Assembly (NCBI RefSeq): GCF_006345805.1
Contig: NC_043003.1
Coordinates: 79,608,001-79,672,000 of the forward strand
DNA length: 64,000 bases
Reading direction: 5' to 3'
Source of the DNA: Octopus sinensis
Taxonomy: Eukaryota
In this document: positions 48,900 through 61,210 of the stretch, piece after piece
Layout of the letters: each line of letters starts with the position of its first letter
Position numbering within the stretch: position 1 is the first letter of the stretch
Notes under the pieces: model-generated
Told to the model about the DNA's origin: nothing
Databases searched by the model: none
Seen by the model: the letters and a program-made list of their open reading frames with translations, nothing else
Program-made: the position numbers and the translations under genes

Positions 48900-50630
48900 T
48901 ATGCATGTTCAGCCACAAATTCCAAGCACTTTGAGATTAGATCAAGAAAATTCCAGAGTTAAGAACTGGAAACCTTTGAAGTAGATCTTTTTAACATCAA
49001 ACCAAAACAGAGATTCTGTAAGTCCTTAGGCAAGACGTGCATAAGTTTAAGAAATTTTTAGGGTTTTACCATTTTCAGATAAAACTAAGAACTGGCAGAT
49101 ACTATGTCAAACACACGGCTCCTAACAAGCAACGTGACACAAACATACAAAAAAAGTTGTCTCAGGCCTATAATATCAACAACCACGAGGTCATAGAAAT
49201 AGCTTTTAGATTAGGCATCGAGGGTAGAGTAGAAACCTCACTGAAGAAAGATACTTTTATAACAATTAAAGAACACAAGCCCAACTTCACCTCCAACACC
49301 AAATGTCGGTTGATCAAGCTTGCGAAGTCAGTGATCAGTTTGGTGAGCAAACACCAGCTCAAAAAGATCAACAACGGCATTAGGAGAGCCTCTGGTCTCT
49401 TCCGATCGTGCGAAACTAATGAAGTCATCTAATGTTTTAAAATCAACAGCTGCTGAAGCAGAGTAACGTTCATCGAATATGATATAATAGATTTTTATCC
49501 AGCTGTATCGAGGGTTTTGTTACATAGGTCGCTTATTTCGGTAGGAGCTATATTGAACTTAGCAATGGTAATATAAATATCATCATGCACGTCAGCAAAG
49601 CCCTTCTATTCGTCAATGGTTCGATCTGGGTTAAGCAGACTGAATCAGAAGGCATTTCCATGTTGCGTTGGCAGCATTCAGCAGTGCTGATGCATGTAAC
49701 TGTATTGACATGTTTACAGAGACATTCCCATCAACTAGCTTTGACCAGGATAGGGAAGATGTCTTGGTACTATACAGAGGGTCGAACGACCATAAACTGA
49801 ATGGACTCAGGAAGGATCTGATTCATGCACTTAATTCTCCTGGGTCCAAAGTCACAATAGAAACCAATTTGAAAGTAGTTGGTTTCCTGTATAAGATATT
49901 AAACCTAAACACTGGCACCTATAACCATTTTAGGAATATATATATTAATACTGCTACCTGCCATCCAACCATAGATTTCAGGAGCCTGGTTAAGATGAGC
50001 AGTAGAAGAGTTTCCAACCTATCTTAAGATAAGGAGAGCTTCCATGCCTGCTACAATTGGTTTCAGTGATGAAATTAGTAATATGCCCGACCCTAACCCC
50101 ACCAAGAGAAAACGCCACCAGAGGGTTATACAGTTTACACCTCCATTTTCCATTAAAGTAAAAAGCTCGCGAATGTAGGATTTTAATTAGTTTATTCGAT
50201 AAGCATTTACCTCAAATAAAAGATCATTAATAGTTTGATACATAAAAAAACATTGAGGTTCTCTTTTAGCTATACACCTAACAGCAAGAAAATATTTATT
50301 AGTTGGTCCAAACCTAGAATAGAGACAAGCTGCTTAGGTAGTGGTAACACAACATGCCCACTAAACAACCAATGCAATATAGAAACTGTTGTGTATGAGA
50401 CGGAGGTTGTGATGAAGGATCTTAGTGAAATGACAAAAATACGGACATGTTTGGGTGCAACAGAAGATCTCTTCAGAACCATTGAACAATCCAAGTCCTT
50501 GCTTAATATCCAAGTTAGGCAAATTGCTACAACTCTTAGCGAAACATGTATCTACATAAAAGGAAAATGCTATGAGAAAAGTGCAAACCTTACATTAACA
50601 GCAGTAGACTTTGTTGTCGTTATTTAGGAT
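48900..50630 (+). pseudogene. Decayed Penelope-like retroelement (RT plus C-terminal GIY-YIG endonuclease)
   Basis: TFITIKEHKPNFTSNTKCRLIK; FIEYDIIDFYP; KALLFVNGSIWVK; TCPLNNQCNIETVVYETEV..TCLGATEDLFR; many stops and frameshifts. Confidence 0.8.
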
Positions 50631-51194
50631 ATTTCTTGTTTTCCTTTGTAAGGGAGGGGCATTAGTTAGATATGCCTTAGCTTTGTTACAGATGAAAATA
50701 AAATATCCTAAATAGCAACAAGTAAAGAAATGACCAACCTAAACTTACCACCTGCCAACATTTTTTGTAAGAAAAGTTGACATACCCAATTGCTAAGTGC
50801 GTAACTACTGGACTTTGTACCTTTGACTTTTATATTGTCAAAGCAAAAAGATTAAATCCAATAATACCAAAAGCAACGCAAATACTATTACGCCTTGTTC
50901 CTATCTAACAAAAGAGAAACACCCACGGGCTTGTTTACGAAGTTCTACATGCATGAATAAATTCTAAACAAGAACATAACAAATTTAATCAAGATTTCTC
51001 TAAAACACCTCGACATTACAACCAACCATAAAAACCTTATTACATCCCCCACTCAAACCCACACACTCAAGGAAGACTTTAACTCAACAGAGACTATATT
51101 ATGGCGAGGCTAATTCTAATGCTTCACAATTCAACGATAGCTTAGCAGGCCGAAATTTCGATGTCGCTGTCAACAATATTCTTGCTTAAGAATA

Positions 51195-51299
<105 letters not shown>

Positions 51300-51429
51300 C
51301 ATCCTTTTAAATTTCTTTACGGCAAAAGCCTTCGAGTGGGCTCGTAAAAGCTCCTATGCTACTCGTTGCTGGCTACCGCTTATTATTCCCACCTTCTCAA
51401 GTAATCACATGGTATCGTTATGCATGTAG

Positions 51430-52690
51430 CGCTGCATATAGCGTAGGATAGATATATTAATAACGAGAAATTTTTCGGAAGGAAATCTTTATATTTCATT
51501 AATGTATTCCTACATATGTTTCGACATGACACATCTTTGTTTGTGACTACATTCTCACATCCATAGTATTTTGTTAAATATCATTTATAATATCTATGGA
51601 TCTTAAGGAAGCCCATTATAACATATGTATACTTCTCCAGGTAATCTGCATTAATGTTTTTTTTTTAGCATTCCACATCAATCAAAAAGCTTTGTTGGAT
51701 TTATGGATGGTGCTTGTGAATTTTTGCAACTTACGAACCTGATAGATACGTAGTAGATACAAGGCAAGAAAATCGAAAGAGATAGTATTGTGCTTTGTTT
51801 TCCTATCTATGCGGGCGGCCATAAAGAAGAGGAGAGAAACAAAAGACAAAAGAGATAATATTGTGTTTTCAGTTCAGTGTAGGCGGACAGGAAATAATAG
51901 AAAAAGAAAAGCGAGAACAAAAGAGAAGAAGAAAATAGATAGAGTGTATTAAGAGGAAGCACGTTACAGTCTGTTGGGGATTAAAACTCAGCCCGCCATT
52001 ACGTGTTTCTCTAATGATTAAACAGAGCGGTAAATGAAAAAGAAACTTTTTTTTATCTTATCAGTTCCAGATTGGTAAATCTGGCGCCGTCCAAGATATT
52101 CATTGCAATGAGCTTGGTACAATTAAGTAATTTATATAAACCCCCTGCTGCGCTGTCAATCAAAGCTCCTTAAATGGGCGTACTCGCTGTTGATTGTTCA
52201 TTAGTCCAAATGTTGATAGTTATTGCACGTCTATATTTTCATTAATATTCTCCGAACATTGTTTTGTTTGTATATATTTCATTGTTCTCACATTATTATG
52301 CGTATAAATCATGCTGGTATCCGTGATAATTATAATCAGCTACCTCTGTACTTGCTTGTAATAAATATTATTCCATATTTAGGACCTTTTTTGTTTGCAT
52401 ATGTTCATAAGGCCCTTCCAGCATCTGGTTCGGATGCCATCGACGATCTGTTGGTATTTGTTTCTCAATGGATTTCGTTAAAGTCCCATGAATGATTTCT
52501 TAATTCTGTGCCGACATGATAATACTATTTCCGAATGTTAATTAAATTTTTTTTGCATATAATAACTTAAAGCGATTTTTCTAGGCATAAGTTGCAGGCC
52601 CATGATGTTCCGTCAGAGGGTTTCGCGTTATTCAATATCAATCATTTAGATGTATATTCCTCTCTACTTTAGTCTCCAGATGAGATTAGC
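51430..52690 (-). mobile_element. Penelope-like element 3' end (GIY-YIG C-terminus) plus GA-rich pLTR-like tail
   Basis: Minus strand CNLCLEKSL*VIICKKNLINIR..LSCRHRIK matches the C-x-LC-x-x-EK...CRH end of PLE endonucleases. Confidence 0.55.
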
Positions 52691-53072
52691 TAATGATGTG
52701 CAGTCACTCTTATTTTCATCTGAAAAGAATGCAATGTGATTTCTCAGATGATTCTTCATCTTGTCGGAAGTTATATCGATGTACGAATATTTTTGTGCAC
52801 CTGCCTGCACTTCACACTTATAAATCATATTCCGCCTCATGCAGTTATTCTCCAGTATGCATACATACATACATACATACATAAATACATACATACATAC
52901 ATACATACACACATACACACATACATACATACATACATACATACATACATACATACATCATACATACATACATACATATACATATATATATATATAGTAA
53001 AGGTTATTTGCCAACTCTGGAGTACTGTTACTGAAAGTCTCGTTGAGAGATTTAGAAATAATATGTTATATG

Positions 53073-53132
<60 letters not shown>

Positions 53133-53133
<1 letters not shown>

Positions 53134-53372
53134 TTTATTTAAAGCAGCAGAAAATTCAACAAAATCTGTTACTCTGAGTTTCTCGTTGCCGTTCATCAGA
53201 CAGTTTTTGCCATTCTAGCAAAAACTGTCTGATGAACGGCAACGAGAAACTCAGAGTAACAGATTTTGCTGAATTTTCTGCTGCTTTAAATAAAGCATAT
53301 TACTCTACCACTGGTATTTGAGTACTCTTTTTTTCCACCTTGTTTCACATTTATGTGTTTACTCCGGTATAT
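53133..53372 (+). mobile_element. PLE pLTR with 78-bp inverted duplication (near-perfect hairpin)
   Basis: Arms 53133-53210 and 53218-53295, 1 mismatch, 7-nt loop. Confidence 0.8.
53225..53262 (+). ncRNA. Minimal type-I hammerhead (mirror copy at 53166-53203, minus)
   Basis: CUGU-CUGAUGA-ACGGCAACGA-GAAA-CUCAGAG-UA-ACAG; helix II is weak (2 bp plus GCAA loop). Confidence 0.55.
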
Positions 53373-53394
53373 ATATATATATTATATATATATA

Positions 53395-53437
<43 letters not shown>

Positions 53438-53443
53438 ATATGA

Positions 53444-53477
<34 letters not shown>

Positions 53478-54559
53478 GTATATATATATATATACTGGCA
53501 AATGCACTCGTCCTTTTTTAATGTTTAAGTTGCTTTGTTGGTATTTTTCCACCAAATAATTGAAGAATTGAGAAGGTTTACGAGTAGCACGACAATCTAT
53601 TAACTTTGGAACGGAAAATCAAACTGAAGGCTGGTTATTATGGATGTCGTTGCACTTTAATGATCATAGAACATATAAGTTTGCAAGCGATGCAAAGTAA
53701 AGTTACTGAAGTGTTTTGGGAGTAGATTACGGATAATGACTACAAAATATAGTTGTTTTACATGAAAGCGAAATTTCTTGTCAGAAACAGCTACATAAAT
53801 GGTGTAAGGAAATTGAAGTAAAACGTTGAAACTTCCCCACTGCGAGTTTATTTTATTCAAAAGCAAACAGAGCTATTTTTTTCGGAGAGATAAGCTAACC
53901 GAAGCCCCTTTATTCTGTCTTCACACATAGCTGCGCATAAACTAACAGCGAATGTCGCATAAATTGGTATGGAGCTTTCTGAAAGATACACATAGCTTTC
54001 GCTAGTGGAAGCAAAAGTCGGCAAAGTTATGATGCAAGCACCTGCTTAAAACGCCTATAACTTCTTTATTTTTACAAGATTTTACAAATGTTTTTCGATT
54101 CTGTCGTCTGCATAATGAAATTGATACGATTACGGCAAAAAGCAACTTTAAAATAAAAAAATTCCTATTTCACCCACACCCCCGCATCTTTCTTTTAATT
54201 CGTGGTTTTAAAATACCGACAGTCCGAACCTACCATTCTTTTCAAATACCGACAGTCCGAATCTACCATTCTTTTCAAATAATTTTTTAAATACTTCAAA
54301 ATCAATATTGCGTAAATATGTGTGCCAGGAATAGTAGTTAAAAATTAGGAAATAGATTTTTGGGAGATCTTTTATTATGACTGACTTTTATTGCATTATT
54401 CTAATATCTTCTGAAATTTAGACATATACATGTATAAATGTATACAGAAACATATATAAATATATACACACACTTATACATTTTTACAGAGTTAGTTTAA
54501 TATACATCCTTGTATATATATAAATATTTCGGCATATCTACACAATTGTGTCTCAATGA

Positions 54560-54815
54560 TTCGCTCCTTCATAACATTGAGAAAATTAAATATTTCTTAA
54601 TGAAGTTTTCTACAACTATGCTTCAGATCGTGTAGATTCCGATTAAATTGGAATTCATTGTGAAAACCGTCTGTCCCTAAAAGAGTTTTAGAAAATTCAC
54701 ACCATTAGGCTTTGTTGTATATATCGGGTGATTTCAACCAACGAGGTATTGAAAACCTTGGTGAAAGTTGGGAAGAAGTTGTAAACAACAAGGCTGAATA
54801 CATTATTGATTTATT
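54560..54815 (+). pseudogene. mariner transposase C-terminal remnant
   Basis: DFNQRGIENLGESWEEVVNNKAEYIID*. Confidence 0.7.
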
Positions 54816-54892
54816 AGCTGTTAGTTTTCATTAAAAATTAAAAAAAATTTAAATGAAAACAAACGGCGGGAACTTAGTTGCCAAGCTAATAT

Positions 54893-54944
<52 letters not shown>

Positions 54945-54965
54945 ATATACATATATTTGTTTACA

Positions 54966-54997
<32 letters not shown>

Positions 54998-55103
54998 TAT
55001 ATTCATAATGACTCCAAATAAAGAACAAACAAGAAATAGCAATAAAGCGAGGACGTGGTACAAGTACTGTATTATCAGATGCTCAGGTAAGGAAGGAAAG
55101 AGG

Positions 55104-55138
55104 ATTTAACGTTTCGAGCCTTGCTCTTCTTCAGAAAT
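55104..55138 (-). ncRNA. Minimal type-I hammerhead within a PLE-derived repeat (~55045-55420)
   Basis: AUUU-CUGAAGA-A-GAGC(AAG)GCUC-GAAA-CG-UU-AAAU. Confidence 0.6.
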
Positions 55139-55614
55139 AGAGGAAAGTTCAAAGGAAGGGAAGACAGGGGAAGAAAATCGCCAACGATACACACGCAATT
55201 ACATTTTGAAATAACCGGAAGGGAATGGGTGAAGAAAAAGTTCTTTCTAAGACAGGAGAGTGCAAGAGATGGAAATATGTGCCTGCATGTGTGGGTATGT
55301 GCGTGTGAGCAGGGCTGTGTGGGTGTAATAATAGCACGTGTATGTGCGTATGCGTGTGTGTGTGTGTGGTTTTGGCTGTTTATATGTGTGTATGTGTGAG
55401 TGGACTTTGTGGTCGCTTAATGTCGTAGGAAGAATTTACAGCAGGAATGATATATATGTACACACACACATATATATATGTATATATATATAAATATATA
55501 CATACATATGTATATATATATAGTTATACACACACACACACATACACACACCACACACACACACATATATATATATATATGTATGTATGTATGTGTGTGT
55601 GTGTGTGGTGTATA

Positions 55615-55800
55615 TGTTTGTCCCTTCACGATCACTTGTCAATCGATGCTGATGTGTTTACGTCCTCGTAACTTAGCGGTTTGACAAAAGAACCGGCAGA
55701 ATAAGTACTAGGCTTACAAAGAATTTGCTCGACGAAAGGTGGTGCTCCAGCATGGCCGCAGTCAAATGACTGAAGCAAATAAAAGTATAAAAGAATAAAA
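55615..55800 (+). mobile_element. SINE family E 3' half
   Basis: GTGTTTACGTCC..TAAGTACTAGGCTTACAAAG..GGCCGCAGTCAAATGACTGAAGCAA. Confidence 0.8.
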
Positions 55801-55849
<49 letters not shown>

Positions 55850-56019
55850 TCCTAGCAGATATCAAGTAAGCACTCAGTATAAAGGAATAAGGTTACATTT
55901 CCAACATTTCCAGTAAATGTATGTAGAATGCAAATTTCAGGTAAATCCTCTTGTATGACAGGGAAATCCAATAATTGTTTCAATTGTATTAACATTTACA
56001 TAAATAATACATAAATATG

Positions 56020-56428
56020 TATTTATTACACACATGTGAGTGAGAACACTTTGAGATATTTTTGGTATCTAACATATGTCAGATACTGCGAGCGCTGCTT
56101 CTGATTGGTCAATCCATGGTGATGACCCGAGGTCACGGTGACAGCGCTGCTTCCGATTGGTCAATTCATGGTGATGACTCGAGGTCACGGTGACGGCACT
56201 ACTTTTGTCATTCATAAGTTACAACTAAACGTGAAGAATTTAGTTATTGGGTTAATAAAATATGGTCGTTTATTCGTGTGTAATAAATAAAATACCAAAC
56301 TCATTCCTATGGATACCGTATTTATTACAACTCGTGGCTTGTAAACGTATCTAACGAGCGAAAGCGAGTTAGATACGTTTACAAGCCACGAGTTGTAATA
56401 GGGTATCCATAGGGAATGAGTTTGGTAT
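56020..56428. mobile_element. Double-foldback non-autonomous element, Crypton-like (tentative)
   Basis: IR TATTTATTACACAC at 56020-56033 / 56276-56289. Second hairpin 56292-56428 with 33-bp perfect inner arms around GAGCGAAAGCGA. Internal ~52-bp tandem containing CTGATTGGTC. Confidence 0.45.
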
Positions 56429-58212
56429 CCTCTATATATTCACACACACACACACACAACACACACACACACACACAATATTATTAAAATTAAATATGTA
56501 TACGAAAATTTATGCACAACATTATGAAGGTGATTTAAATTGGTGAAAATTCTGACTGAACATCTGAGAAAAAGTTTTAGCTGTTAATAAACGCTAACAA
56601 AAAGAAACGACAACCCAAATTTAACTTCAGACATTCATACATTCATTCATTCAACAAAGAGCGACGTCATTGAATAACTAATTTAGCTTATAAAAATAAA
56701 ATATAAAATACCATACTAATTCTATATATTTTGACAATTTGAAATCTACAAAAAAAAAAAAACCTAACGTAGAAAACGAGTATATTTATCTACTATAGTT
56801 GATAACGTCACTGGTTATCTAAAGAACCAAAACTGCACACAAGAATTCAAAGTTATGCTTAATAGATAACAAAAGAATATAAACTACAGATAACAATTTT
56901 ACGTAATGCTTAATAGAAACTTATGTACTTTACGTCGCAGTAATCAATTACCTGTTTATTTATTTAATATAATAAACCCTTCAATAGGAATTAATCTTAT
57001 TTTATAATTACTGGAGAATTATTATATTCAACAACGTATACAACCACCGAAGATCTCACTGGGTAATTAAAAAATAAAAATTACGGAAAAGACAAGCAAA
57101 TATATATTTATTCATTATAATAAACTCCTCATATAGGAATTAACCTTATTATATAATAATTGAGAAATTATTATAATTAATATTAATATATACAATTATT
57201 GATGATTACATTAGATAACTAAAGATTAAAAATAACGGATAAGATAATTGAATACCTATCTATTTTTATATTATACCCTTGTATAGGAATTAAGATTGTT
57301 ATATAGTAATTGAAAAAGACAGGGCCAAGTTCCCTTTTATAACGTGGGCAACAAATATTTGTTTGATGGGGATGCGGGAAATAGGCTCGTCCATAATGGG
57401 TACCTGCTATTTATTTTATAGGACCTTGGATTTGGAAAAGAAGTAAACCACGATAACTCAAGAATTGCCTAAATTATGGAATACATATTCTTTGATCAAT
57501 TAAAAATAGCAGCCAAATGTATTGTATCGTTTCAGAAAGGGAAGCATTTACTGGACAATTTTATCCCCATTATTCTAGAGATATACGAAAAGATGAATTA
57601 ATCATAAGACATGTTCCTTTTATATTAATCCTGAGTAGAATGTCTTTGATTATAGATTTACTCAAAAGAATAATTTGGGAGCAAACAGCAGCAGCAACAA
57701 CAACAACAGCAACAACACCGAAAACCACTTTATCCAGAAACCAGTGCAAATAATTATTGACAAGAATTGTCTTCTCCATAACATTCGACTAAATAAATAT
57801 TTGAGAAATGTGCGGTATGTAAATATATGTGTTAGAATGTAAATATTGTGTAGGAGTATAAATATTTAGAAGCCTCTTCAGCATTCGTCACATACTTCTT
57901 TATAAATACATTGGGCAGCAAACATAGACCATTGACTCCACGGTTTTCCGTTACTACTCTTTAACCCTTCGCGTGTCAGGTGCATTACACATATTTCCTT
58001 GGTGTCCATGCCTTATGTATGATACAGGTTCCCAATTTTTTTTTACCATTTCAGTAACATTTCAGTAACTTTATAGAGAAGCTTTATATTATACATATTA
58101 GAGCTTATGAAATAAGGATAACCGGAAGTATGAAAATGAGCTTGGACGTTTAAGACAAATCTAGGAAACTGTTTTTGGACATGCAAAGGGTTATGCAGTG
58201 AATTTAATACCT

Positions 58213-58443
58213 ATTTCTTTATTATCCACAAGGGGCTAAACACAGAGGGGATAAACAAGGACAAACATAGGTATTAAGTCGATTACATCGACCCCAGTGC
58301 GTAACTGGTACTTAATTTATCGACCCCGAAAGGATGAAAGGCAAAGTCGACCTCGGCGGAATTTGAACTCACAACGTAACGCAGACGAAATACCGTTAAG
58401 CATTTCGCCCGGCGTGCTAACGTTTCTGCCAGCTCGCCGCCTT
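58213..58443 (-). mobile_element. SINE family A, tail-B, full length with TSD
   Basis: TSD TGAATTTAATACCT at 58199-58212 and 58443-58456. Confidence 0.92.
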
Positions 58444-59017
58444 GAATTTAATACCTGTTGTAAACATCTTCGCTATTATTTTCTCGACATCAACAGGTTT
58501 ACGAATGAAAAGACCCTCTAGTAGCTTTGTTGATAAATGTGCTTTTATCGAGGATTCTTAGTAAGAAACTGCGAAATTGTTTCTCTGTTGACTTCCTTTG
58601 AGCATTTATTTCGGCAAGACAAAGACAAGTTCCCCATATCCACCTGGGCATTCAGGAGGTAAAGGACCAGAGAAAATACCACGAAATATTTTGTTCAACG
58701 CTAATAATTCGGCCAATCTACACTGACCCGAGCTGTCACTTTATTGTACTTTTTTTTCCAGAAGTATATAAAGCGAAAATGATGTAGATACGATTCGAAT
58801 TCAGAATGCAGAGAGTCAAAACAAGTATCCCAAGGTATTTTGTCGGGCGTTCTAACGATTCTGTGTTCAATTCAGTTATCTTTTAGTAACCATTAAAAGA
58901 ATTGTCAGCAGTGCTCTGGGAAGTCAATTCAACTGTATAAACGTCTATAAGTTTACGGCAATGTGATACTACATTATTTAGATTTGACGGAATTTTTTTC
59001 TTAACTTGTTTGTTGTT

Positions 59018-59063
59018 AACACAACATTTCGGCTGATATACCCTCCAGTCTTCATCAGGTATC
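59018..59063 (-). ncRNA. Minimal type-I hammerhead in a short repeat (~58975-59110)
   Basis: GAUAC-CUGAUGA-AGACUG..CAGCC-GAAA-UG-UU-GUGUU; homolog at 60658-60703. Confidence 0.6.
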
Positions 59064-59110
59064 TTGGGGAAATTTCGTACCTGGGTTCTCATTTATAAGG
59101 TATTTTTCGA

Positions 59111-59144
<34 letters not shown>

Positions 59145-59159
59145 TATTTTATTATTATT

Positions 59160-59585
59160 ATTATCTATGTTTGACTTTTGCTTTATATTTGTACAAGTTG
59201 GCTCCAAGTCTCACCAGAGACCCAAGAGACAACAGGTTGAAGTTTTCATGTTGTTTGTTATGCCTAGTGTGCCATTATTTGGGGGGTGGGGATGTTGTAC
59301 TATGAATGTCTAAAAAAAAAGGGTTTTTTTTTGTTTTTTTTTTACGAAAATTATGTTTGTTTTAACCTTGAGATTAATAGAGAGTATTTTGCGTAGGATA
59401 TGAGCAGTTCCCAGCACTATCTTTTGAACTTCTGCCATTTTTGGGTTTCTGTATCTGAGTTAGGTAGCTATCAGCCTCTTTTGCTATCATTCCCAGGGCA
59501 CCTATGACAACAGGTATTGTTTTAGTCTTCAGCTCCACATTTTGCTGATTTCATTTCAAGATCTTTATATTTGCTCAGTTTATTT
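59160..59585 (-). pseudogene. R4/Dong LINE 3' end (REL endonuclease tail plus UTR)
   Basis: KLSKYKDL..KTIPVVIGALGMIAK..EVQKIVLGTAHILRKIL on minus; (AAT)n tail. Confidence 0.8.
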
Positions 59586-59611
59586 CTATTTCAAGATCTT
59601 TTATTTGCTCA

Positions 59612-59656
<45 letters not shown>

Positions 59657-59688
59657 TTTTTTTTTTTTTAATTAAAAAAAAAATTTTT

Positions 59689-59757
59689 TTATTCAGGTCA
59701 CTGTCTGGAATCGAACTCGGAATCTTGGGGTTCGATTCCAGACAGTGACCTGAATAA
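59689..59757. repeat. 28-bp perfect inverted repeat derived from a tRNA-like B-box SINE end
   Basis: TTATTCAGGTCACTGTCTGGAATCGAAC / GTTCGATTCCAGACAGTGACCTGAATAA. Confidence 0.8.
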
Positions 59758-59762
59758 TAATA

Positions 59763-59816
<54 letters not shown>

Positions 59817-59825
59817 TAATAATAA

Positions 59826-60157
59826 ATGCCCTGATGTAGTGGAGGAGCATCAGAGCCGTGTGTTGAGTGGGATTCTTTGGAGTTTGAATAATTCACGTTA
59901 AACATCCTTAAACAACCCTTATTCAGGGACCATTTGAGCAGGATGGGTTACTCGACCAGAGGCAAATTCTAACTGGGCCCCACCTGCAAGGTCATGTGCT
60001 GTTTATCTTGATATGAGATCACCATGTCGCGCACATATGGTTGTGATGCATGTGCCTAGTGTACCCTTATCAGACGGGTAGTCATGATGGATATACTGGG
60101 CTTCGTATATTTTACCCCAGTGTCACTTTGATGGCATGCACTGCTCTCTCACTCAAT
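59826..60157 (+). mobile_element. SINE-like family D
   Basis: Matches the 3' part of 30972-31520; (AAT)n on both sides. Confidence 0.8.
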
Positions 60158-60158
60158 G

Positions 60159-60234
<76 letters not shown>

Positions 60235-60560
60235 GGTTACAATACCAGTGATCGTAGGAGCACTAGGAATGATCAAGAAGGGAACCGAAAATTATATGAG
60301 AATGATCCCTGGCTTACCATCCCTGCAAGAAGTGCAAAAGATTGTCTTAACTGGTACATCACACGTATAGAGAAGAGCATTGTCGATGTGAGAACTGTTG
60401 CTGCTCATGTATTTTAATTTAACTTAAAAAAAAAAAAAAAAATGAACGAACTACTGAGTTTGGTTTAATGGCCTACCAATGTATACTATGAGTTTCTTTG
60501 CCCTAGGAGTCGGGAAGACACTCGGCAAGAAATGGAAGCAAATTTGAGAGAAGAAAAAAA
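60235..60560 (+). pseudogene. R4/Dong LINE extreme 3' end
   Basis: VTIPVIVGALGMIKKGTENYMRMIPGLPSLQEVQKIVLTGTSHV*RRALSM. Confidence 0.85.
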
Positions 60561-60657
60561 AAAAAAAATAATAATAATAACAACAACAACAAGAACAACA
60601 ACAACAACATCGAAAAATTCCTTAGGAATGAGAACCCAGGTCCGAAATTTCCCCCAA

Positions 60658-60703
60658 GACACCCGATGAAGGCTGGAGGGTATATCAGCCGAAATGTCGT
60701 GTT
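60658..60703 (+). ncRNA. Minimal type-I hammerhead (U4 to C mutant) in a short repeat (~60608-60765)
   Basis: GACAC-CCGAUGA-A-GGCUG(10 nt)CAGCC-GAAA-UG-UC-GUGUU. Confidence 0.55.
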
Positions 60704-61210
60704 AACAACAAACAAGATGAGGACAAACATCCGTCAAATGTAAATAATGTAAATGATCTACTCGTCTCATAAATATAGAACTGAATGTGATACTAAACAT
60801 ATTTCATGTATTTAACCAAGAAGTATTGATTAATTAGAATGATATCTTTGATGATGAAGAGAAACAATGATTAATCTTAATGATTAATTCTGATCAAGAA
60901 ACGTAGGGGAAACAATTCCGAAATATAAATTAATTAAAAACTAATTAAAAACAAATGACGTGAAGCATTGTGTGCGTATGATCTTTGGCACCATACAGTA
61001 TCAACTACAGATATGTTGTATAACGTTACTGCATCAATCTGTCGCCTTGTACCAATATAAGAAATCAGTATTTGTACAAACGTCTGTTGATGCCTTAGAA
61101 TTTCCACAGAATAATTTCCAGAGACATTCTGTTCCGCCTTTGCTTAGTCTTTTCCCTTTTCCTTTTTTCTTTTCTTCAACAAACTGTTTTCTTCCTTTAG
61201 AAATGCTTAC

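Noticed and set aside
51495-51560. Hammerhead with palindromic ACATATGT helix III (minus)
   Set aside because: The GAAA strand is present, but no CUGANGA or helix I partner is recognisable.
53560-54050. Very decayed mariner catalytic region (SKVTEVFW)
   Set aside because: Only one short motif is recognisable, too weak to call.
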